A stretch of DNA of 64,000 nt. It comes from Candidatus Bathyarchaeia archaeon (GTDB lineage: Archaea > Thermoproteota > Bathyarchaeia > Bathyarchaeales > Bathycorpusculaceae). This document shows positions 57,483 to 64,000 of the stretch, piece by piece. The notes below the pieces were generated by a model, which was not told where the DNA came from, did not search any database, and saw only the letters and a program-made list of their open reading frames with translations. Numbering within the stretch: the first letter of the stretch is position 1; the number at the start of each line of letters is the position of its first letter. Location of the stretch: the NCBI GenBank assembly GCA_038727135.1, contig JAVYWL010000002.1, positions 192,001 to 256,000 on the forward strand, written 5' to 3'. The translations under genes were made by a program, and so were the position numbers.

Positions 57483-58994
57483 ATGTTCAACAAGGTTTTA
57501 GTCGCCAACAGAGGAGAAATCGCCTTAAGAGTGATTAGGGCATGCCGGGAACTCGGCGTTAAAACGGTCGCTGTCTACTCAGAGGCGGACACCGACTCGC
57601 TTCATGTTCAGTATGCCGACGAATGCTATTTTATAGGCGCAGCGGAGCCAAGCCAAAGCTACCTAAACATAGAAAAAATAATTGAGATAGCCAAAAAATC
57701 TGGTTGCGAAGCCATCCATCCAGGATACGGCTTTCTATCCCAAATTCCAGCCTTTGCAGAAGCATGTGCAAAAAATGGTTTAGAGTTTATTGGTCCTCCA
57801 GCCGAAGTTTTGAGGCGGATGGGGAATAAGGTTGAGGCTAGAAAGGCTGCGGCAGAAGCTGGAGTGCCAGTTATCCCCGGAAGCCTAAAACCCGCCAAAA
57901 GCCCGGAAGAAGCCTTAGAAATAGCCGAGAAGGTTGGTTATCCAGTTTTGGTTAAGGCTGTTTACGGAGGCGGCGGGAAAGGCATGCGCCTCGTCAAAAA
58001 CGAGGCTGAAATGCGCCGCGTTTTGGAAACCGCCGCCTTGGAGGCAGAATCCTCCTTCGGAAGACGCGAAATTTATGTGGAAAAGTTTCTTCCAAGGGCT
58101 AGGCACATAGAATTCCAAATACTAGCAGATAAGAAGGGGAGGGTCATCCACCTAGGCGAAAGGGAATGCTCAATCCAAAGGCGATATCAGAAACTCATTG
58201 AGGAGACGCCTTCGCCCCTCATGACTGCGGAACTGCGGAAGGAGATGGGCGCATCCGCGATAAGAATCGCGAAAGCCATAAACTACGTTAATGCTGGAAC
58301 TGTTGAGTTCCTTGTAGACCAGAATGGCAACTACTACTTTTTAGAGATGAACACTAGGCTTCAGGTGGAGCACTTGATAACTGAAATGGTGACGGGCATA
58401 GACATAGTCAAAGAGCAAATAAGAATCGCAGCCGGCGAAAAACTTGCCTACAGCCAGAGGGACGTGAAAATCCGTGGACATGCCATAAACTGCCGTATAA
58501 ACGCTGAAGACCCCTACGAAAACTTTGCGCCATCACCGGGAACAGTCACAAACTTGCGTTTGCCAGGCGGTCCTGGAGTTAGGGTTGACACCCACCTTTA
58601 CGCTGGCTACATGGTGTCAGTCTTCTACGATCCCTTGATTGCCAAGCTTGCTGTTTGGGGTTTAAGCCGCTTAGAAGCCGTAAAGAGGGCGCGTAACGCC
58701 TTAGACGAATTTGTGATAGAGGGAGTTAAAACCACAATCCCACTGCATAAGAGGATAATGGAGGATGAAGATTTCTTAAGAGGAGATATCCACATAAACT
58801 TTGTCGACGAAAGGATTGAAAAGCTTCTTCCAAAGAAAGCCTTAACGGATGAGGAGGTAGCCGCCCTTACCGCTTTTCTGGCAAATCAAATAGCTGAAGC
58901 CAAAGTTAAGGCACTAATTCCAAGACGTGAACAAGGGAGAGTTTCCCTTTGGAAGCTTGCCGGCAGATGTAGGGGGCTGAGGCGAACCTTTTGA
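57483..58994 (+). CDS. accC: Biotin carboxylase subunit
   Basis: ANRGEIA, HPGYGFLS, GGGGKGM, ERECSIQRR, EMNTRLQVEH, RINAED. Confidence 0.93.
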   Translation: MFNKVLVANRGEIALRVIRACRELGVKTVAVYSEADTDSLHVQYADECYFIGAAEPSQSYLNIEKIIEIAKKSGCEAIHPGYGFLSQIPAFAEACAKNGLEFIGPPAEVLRRMGNKVEARKAAAEAGVPVIPGSLKPAKSPEEALEIAEKVGYPVLVKAVYGGGGKGMRLVKNEAEMRRVLETAALEAESSFGRREIYVEKFLPRARHIEFQILADKKGRVIHLGERECSIQRRYQKLIEETPSPLMTAELRKEMGASAIRIAKAINYVNAGTVEFLVDQNGNYYFLEMNTRLQVEHLITEMVTGIDIVKEQIRIAAGEKLAYSQRDVKIRGHAINCRINAEDPYENFAPSPGTVTNLRLPGGPGVRVDTHLYAGYMVSVFYDPLIAKLAVWGLSRLEAVKRARNALDEFVIEGVKTTIPLHKRIMEDEDFLRGDIHINFVDERIEKLLPKKALTDEEVAALTAFLANQIAEAKVKALIPRREQGRVSLWKLAGRCRGLRRTF

Positions 58995-59530
58995 AAGTCC
59001 ACGAAGTTTTAGTGAACAATAAAGCGTACAATGTTAAGGTTTTGAAAAGGGAAAATAACACTTTCCTAGTTGATGTTAACGGAAAAACAGTTGAGGTTAA
59101 ATTTGCAAATTCTGGCGGCGGAAAACTTTCCTTGGAAATAAACAGCGAAAAATTTTTGGCAGAGCTTTTGAGGCTATCCGGGAACATTATGCGGGTTAAG
59201 GTTGGCGGGAAAGTCTTCGAAGTTCAATATCCCACCCCAACCTCTAAACCGGAAACTTCAAAAATTGAGCCGCTTCCAGCACTTTCTAAAAAGCCTGCTG
59301 TTAGCCTTATCGTTGGGAAGGATGCCGTTTTAGCCCCTATAGCAGGAAGGATTGTAGCGTTAAAGGTTGGCGTTGGACAGAAAGTCTCCAAGGGAGATTG
59401 CGTGTGCATTTTGGAAGCTATGAAGATGGCGAATGAGGTTGCAGCGCCAAAAGACGGTGTTGTTAAAGAAGTCCTCGTCTCTGAAGGGGCTGTTGTGAAC
59501 AAAGGAGATGTTTTAGCAGTTATCGCCTAG
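58991..59530 (+). CDS. Biotin carboxyl carrier protein
   Basis: EAMKM biotinylation motif. Confidence 0.92.
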   Translation: MKVHEVLVNNKAYNVKVLKRENNTFLVDVNGKTVEVKFANSGGGKLSLEINSEKFLAELLRLSGNIMRVKVGGKVFEVQYPTPTSKPETSKIEPLPALSKKPAVSLIVGKDAVLAPIAGRIVALKVGVGQKVSKGDCVCILEAMKMANEVAAPKDGVVKEVLVSEGAVVNKGDVLAVIA

Positions 59531-59596
59531 AAACTTTTTATAACAAGGGATGATTGCATTTAACCCTCAAGCAATAAACTGGAGTTGAGATGGCAC

Positions 59597-59998
59597 ATGT
59601 TTATTGGAATGGACCATGTTGGAGTGGCTGTTAAAAATCTGGATGAGGCTATTAGCGTTTACCGTGATATCCTTGGCTTCAAGCTTTTAGGCGTTCACGT
59701 CCTGACAGAGCGGAAGGTTAAGGTGGCCTTCCTATCCGCTGGTGGCGAAACCCAAATTGAGCTTCTAGAGCCTTTGGGCAGCGATAGTCCGGTTGCAAAA
59801 TTCCTTGAAAGCCGAGGTGAAGGAATTCATCACATAGCCATAAAAGTAGATGATATCGAAAGGGCTTTAGAGGAGCTTAAAGGGAAGGGTGTTATGCTTG
59901 TTGATGAAAAGCCTAGAACTGGTGCCGAGGGGAAGAAGATAGTCTTTGTCCACCCTAAAAGCACAAAGGGTGTTCTATTGGAACTCGTGATGGTTTAA
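59597..59998 (+). CDS. mce: Methylmalonyl-CoA epimerase
   Basis: [33 protein letters not shown]. Confidence 0.9.
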   Translation: MFIGMDHVGVAVKNLDEAISVYRDILGFKLLGVHVLTERKVKVAFLSAGGETQIELLEPLGSDSPVAKFLESRGEGIHHIAIKVDDIERALEELKGKGVMLVDEKPRTGAEGKKIVFVHPKSTKGVLLELVMV

Positions 59999-60047
59999 AG
60001 CGCATAAATCGGAGTTTCACTGGACACTTGTCGGGGGCTGAAGCCTT

Positions 60048-61170
60048 CTGCGTCCCTTAAAAACGGTTCTCGTCATCCAGTCTTTCCACTCCTTTACCAG
60101 CGGCATCCTCGGAGTCGTAATCCCCTTAATAATGGAGGAGAGACGCATAGACATAGTCCTAATAGGCTTTGTTTTCGCAGCTATGCCCCTAATAATGCAA
60201 CTTGGCAGAATGTTCTTCGCCACCCTTTCAGACTTTTTTGGAAGGAAGCCCTTCTTTATGGCGAACGGATTCTTAGGCACCATATCAAGCCTCATCTACT
60301 ATTTTGCCCACACTCCAATGGAGTTCCTCTTCGGAAAAGTTGCAGAGGGAACAAAGGAGGGCGCCATATGGGCTGTAAATAGGGCCTATATTCTAGAAAG
60401 AAGCAAGGGGAACTGGAGGATTCTTGTCAACCTAAGAACGGTTGTTTATGTTGCCTACGCCGTCGGCAGCCTCATAGCCGGATTTCTAGCGGCACTAGTC
60501 CTATATGAGGGGACGATGATTTTATGCGCCCTTTTAGGCGTTCTGGGATTTCTCCTCTCCTTCACATTAACTGATGAAAGGAAGGGCGAATTCACCACAG
60601 GACAAGCCTTACGTTTCCTTGACTTTAGGAGGAAGGGGCGAAAGTTCAAAATTTTCCTATTCCTATTCTTTACAATGGGCTTGGCCTTTGGCTTCCGCTC
60701 CGGATATGTCATACCATGTTTCCTAAACAATGTTGGCTTTTCCCCAGAAAATGTTGGACTGGTTTTTGGCACCATGATTCTTACGGCAGGCTTGTCCTCG
60801 TACATCTTCTCCAAATATCGCGACGTGAAAAGACTCATTCTAACAAGCGGAATAATCTATTCGGCTCTTTTAATCCCCCTAGGGTTTTCCCCCCGCTATT
60901 CTCGCCGCCGTCCTAGTGGTGGCTGTTGGCTTCGCCGAGGGGATGAACAGTGTGGGACAAGAGGGAATACTATCAAAAATTTGCGAAAAGGAGTCTTATG
61001 GGACCGACATCGGCCTGCTTATGATGGGGCTCCACTTGGGCGAGTCGGCGAGCCTAGCCCTAAGCGGCATACTAATCGCCAACTGGGGCTTCACAGCGTC
61101 CTTTGTTCTGGCAGCCACAATATACGCAGCCTTCTACATCGGCGCCTTCGCATTATATGGGGAGAAATAG
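60048..61170 (+). pseudogene. MFS transporter interrupted by a frameshift in a T4C6 run; probable CTG start
   Basis: Motif A (LSDFFGRK) and TM pattern up to GGGTTTTCCCCCC at 60882-60894; the TM sequence resumes one base further on (AILAAVLVVAVG...) to TAG at 61170. Confidence 0.75.
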
Positions 61171-61172
61171 CC

Positions 61173-61991
61173 TTGCCCACAAACATAAAAGTGGAAAAAC
61201 TTCAAGAAGGGCTGAAAACAAGGCTTGTCGGAAAATACATTTTCTTCGCCCACGAAGTCGGCTCAACCAACGATTGGGCTAAGGAGCTGGCAGAACTCGG
61301 CGCCCCAGAAGGCACAGTTGCCGTAGCCGAAACCCAAACCTCTGGGCGGGGAAGACTTGGCAGAAAATGGATTTCACCAAAAGGAGGCTTATGGTTCTCA
61401 ATAATTCTTAAGCCAAAGCTTAAGCCACCGGAAACCGTCAAACTTGTGTTTTTGGCAGGCTTAGCCGTTGCAGAAACCCTACGCGAATTGTATAGCTTGA
61501 AGGCTGAAACAAAATGGCCCAACGATGTTGTGGTGAATGGGCGGAAGGTTTGCGGCATCCTCTCAGAAATGAAAACCATAGGAGAAAAAGTTGATTACAC
61601 AATAATTGGCGTAGGCGTAAACGCCAACATTGACGTTGAAAAAGAATTTCCGAAAGAGCTTAGCGAAACAGCAACTTCCCTCCAAAAAGCCTTAGGCAGA
61701 AAAATCTCCCTAGAAGAGCTTTTCAAGGCTTTGCTGGAGAAAATGGACAGCCTTTATCAAATCTTCCTTAAAGAAGGATTCACGCCAATTTTGAAGGAAT
61801 GGAAAAGCTTCGCATCTTTTCTAGGCTGCGAAGTGGAAGTCTCCAGCGATGGTGAGAGGCTTAAAGGTGTAGCTTCTGATGTTGATGGGAACGGGGCGCT
61901 GGTTTTAAGGTTTGAAGATGGTTCTGTAAAACGTGTTTTCTTTGGAGATGTTTCCCTGCGATGTTTGAAATTAAAACCACATGGACTTTGA
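61173..61991 (+). CDS. birA: Biotin-protein ligase (no HTH domain)
   Basis: STND, QTSGRGRLGR.W, KWPND, KVCGIL, GVGVN; TTG start just after the MFS stop. Confidence 0.92.
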   Translation: MPTNIKVEKLQEGLKTRLVGKYIFFAHEVGSTNDWAKELAELGAPEGTVAVAETQTSGRGRLGRKWISPKGGLWFSIILKPKLKPPETVKLVFLAGLAVAETLRELYSLKAETKWPNDVVVNGRKVCGILSEMKTIGEKVDYTIIGVGVNANIDVEKEFPKELSETATSLQKALGRKISLEELFKALLEKMDSLYQIFLKEGFTPILKEWKSFASFLGCEVEVSSDGERLKGVASDVDGNGALVLRFEDGSVKRVFFGDVSLRCLKLKPHGL

Positions 61992-62166
61992 ATATTCAAT
62001 GTATTTTTGTATGATATTTGTTACGACGTTTTCTTCAACTGTGCTGGGTGAATAGCGTGCGCATAAATGGAAAACTTGTATTCTGTTATCATTGAAAATT
62101 TTGGAGATCTGTGTTCGCAATCCTACATGCCTACTTTCAAGACGTATGAACTGATTAGCGATTTCC

Positions 62167-62388
62167 TTAAGTTCGGACTCGAGAGCTCTTTTCCGTTCCT
62201 CTAACGCTTTGATTTTTTTGTAGGAGTTGTTCCTCTGAGTAGGGGGACGCTATTCCAAGATGTATAACCTTCTGAATAAATGCGGCGTTGCCCACTGAAA
62301 CTTTCAGCTTTTCGGCGGGTTCTAAAATCCCACAGCTTCCATTCACATATATCGCTTTCTGGTTCCTCTTTAGTTCAACTTTAACCAA
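62167..62388 (-). CDS. Small hypothetical protein
   Basis: 73-aa ORF tightly packed behind the upstream genes. Confidence 0.4.
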   Translation of the reverse strand: MVKVELKRNQKAIYVNGSCGILEPAEKLKVSVGNAAFIQKVIHLGIASPYSEEQLLQKNQSVRGTEKSSRVRT

Positions 62389-62394
62389 AACTGG

Positions 62395-62670
62395 TCACAC
62401 CTTTCTGTTTAAAATGTTTTCAAGTTTTTTCTGATCTTCAATCAACTCGTTCAGCATTCTTTCCTCTCTTTTTATGTCATCTGGCAGCTCCGCTATCCGC
62501 TTCCTTAAATATGCTATCCTATCTTCAAGAGACTGCACTTCCTGTGCAAGAAATTGAATCTTAAGCGTGAGCAACCCTTTACGGATTATTTCTTCCGCTT
62601 GGTTTCCAAGTTTTTCATATAACCGTGCCGGAATGATAATCTTAACACGTTTATCTTCACCCTTACTCAT
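62395..62670 (-). CDS. Hypothetical protein (RHH-like N-terminus plus coiled coil)
   Basis: VKIIIP..LYEKL then heptad repeats; ATG abuts the upstream stop. Confidence 0.6.
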   Translation of the reverse strand: MSKGEDKRVKIIIPARLYEKLGNQAEEIIRKGLLTLKIQFLAQEVQSLEDRIAYLRKRIAELPDDIKREERMLNELIEDQKKLENILNRKV

Positions 62671-63378
62671 CTATGAGTAAGCCTCCCGCAACTTTAGTCC
62701 CCTCCTACCTACAACCTTTTGAACGCTCCTCAACAACACGTCTCCGATTGCTGTGCGATCCTTTTCTGAGAATTCGTAGCTTTGCCTCTTTACGTATTCG
62801 GAAAGTTCCATGTTCAAGCGGCGTAGGTTTTTCTCTTCAACATCAACAACGGCTTTAATGACGTCTTGGCTCTGGTTGTGTGTAGCCTTTTCCATAGCAT
62901 GGAGTAGGGTTGTAAAGTGAGGAAGACACAAGCCTTTAGACTCTTTAAAGAGATTAAGAAATTCTCCATCGCGTGAAGAGAGCAGCTCCACAATTTTCTT
63001 GACGTAGACTTTCAATAAACTGGCTAGGTGGACACATGCAGGGCAGCCGGCTGTTTGGATGAAAGCTTCTTTGCGATTCTTCCTTTGTTTATGTAAGTCC
63101 TGTAGAAGTTTTTCTATGATGCTTTGAGTGATTAGGGCTATTCCGTGACCGTCGGGGCTTTCTGGTTTTGTGGCTGTTATCAGCATTCTGTAGAAGTGGT
63201 GGTTGCAAAATCCCCCGCCTTCAATAAGTGTCTCCCTTGCCTTGGCGTCCATGACAAGTTCGGAGAGGTAAGCGTCTATGTATTTTCTTTCAATTTCATC
63301 TTCGAGTGCGCATAGGAAGCATTCTGCACCGCTTTTTATCATCCTTTCGATGCGGAAGTATGTTACATCAACGCTCAT
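62671..63378 (-). CDS. DUF6062-like protein (duplicated CxxC ... CxxH)
   Basis: CFLC, GFCNHH, CPAC, GLCLPH. Confidence 0.75.
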   Translation of the reverse strand: MSVDVTYFRIERMIKSGAECFLCALEDEIERKYIDAYLSELVMDAKARETLIEGGGFCNHHFYRMLITATKPESPDGHGIALITQSIIEKLLQDLHKQRKNRKEAFIQTAGCPACVHLASLLKVYVKKIVELLSSRDGEFLNLFKESKGLCLPHFTTLLHAMEKATHNQSQDVIKAVVDVEEKNLRRLNMELSEYVKRQSYEFSEKDRTAIGDVLLRSVQKVVGRRGLKLREAYS

Positions 63379-63382
63379 GCAA

Positions 63383-64000
63383 TCACCACTGCTCCTCAAT
63401 TGTTTTTAATATGCTTACAGCGTAGAAGGTGTCCTCAAAAGTGGATATTCCAATGTCTGACCTTGCAAATCCACCGTTTGCGTTTTGGCATCTTAACACA
63501 AACTCGGCTGTCTGCCTTGGATACCGCAAGCTTTCGCCGAGAAGATTAAGCGTTGACACTCCGTAATATACATGTTCCATGAATGGTGTGGAGCCGTCCG
63601 GCACAACGGTGAAGCCTCCATAAGGCTTTTCGCAAGCCCTAACATATCCAAGCGTATTCTTAAGCAGCTTAACCTGATAGCCCAAATTGAAAAGCGAAGC
63701 TACAGCATGATAAGTTGAATTCAGGTTTGAGTGCCCGTAGGCTCCAAAACCGCCGTCATTATTTTTGAAGCTCAACAGCCAATCTATAATTTTCTCACGG
63801 TTAACTTTTACATTAATCATGTTGGCAAGGTCAGTTGCCATAAACACTGATAGAAATTCTGAGGCAACCTCAGCATAAACGTCAACGGTTCCAAACTCGC
63901 CCCTGATAATTGGCAAAGAAAGAACAAACTTTTTCAAGCTCTCCCTGTCCGGCTCTTTGCCGCATAAATTTAGGGCTTCAGCCACATAATAATGCGAGTA
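63383..64000 (-). CDS. Prenyltransferase/squalene oxidase repeat protein, 3' part; probably starts beyond the window
   Basis: Repeats FKNNDGGFG..STYHAV, CEKPYGGF..VYYGV, CQNANGGF..TFYAV. Confidence 0.8.
   Translation of the reverse strand, partial: YSHYYVAEALNLCGKEPDRESLKKFVLSLPIIRGEFGTVDVYAEVASEFLSVFMATDLANMINVKVNREKIIDWLLSFKNNDGGFGAYGHSNLNSTYHAVASLFNLGYQVKLLKNTLGYVRACEKPYGGFTVVPDGSTPFMEHVYYGVSTLNLLGESLRYPRQTAEFVLRCQNANGGFARSDIGISTFEDTFYAVSILKTIEEQW

Noticed and set aside
60132-61991. 619-aa MFS-BirA fusion as a genuine evolved protein
   Set aside because: The linker is out-of-frame MFS sequence; the real MFS C-terminus lies in another frame, and birA has its own TTG at 61173
1-64000. CRISPR array, rRNA genes, IS elements
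   Set aside because: No regularly spaced repeats, rRNA-like stretch or transposase ORF seen; nearly all sequence is accounted for by CDS

Overview
Gene-dense archaeal chromosome segment. The gene set (archaeal EF-1alpha, uS12/uS7, Nop5-fibrillarin, Trm1, short XPF nuclease, cdrS-ftsZ, IorAB, LipS1/LipS2, many TTG/GTG starts) suggests an anaerobic TACK archaeon, probably Bathyarchaeia (inference). Most of the window is housekeeping: metG, ileS, cysS, tRNA-Ala(TGC), pyrDK, rnhB, nadX, pckG. A large 33-62 kb block covers acyl-CoA, lipoate, biotin and fumarate metabolism. Most notable observations: (1) an AT-rich gene with a HEPN-like RxxxxH motif bracketed by two related 11-6-11 bp inverted-repeat sites resembling Xer/dif recombination sites, a candidate archaeal 'dif-module' cassette; (2) a tasA-tasA-accessory-sipW fibre/biofilm operon preceded by a long, alternatively folding leader; (3) a pentameric ligand-gated ion channel beside a KaiC-like module, with a promoter-equipped C/D-box-like RNA between them; (4) a hairpin with an anti-SD-like loop upstream of an unannotated 48-aa ORF; (5) apparent CTG start codons; (6) an SdhA plus SdhB-CCG (TfrB-like) pair without membrane anchor. 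A nitroreductase pseudogene and a frameshifted MFS gene are also present. No CRISPR array, rRNA, transposase or integrase was seen. All calls come from reading the sequence; no searches were run.
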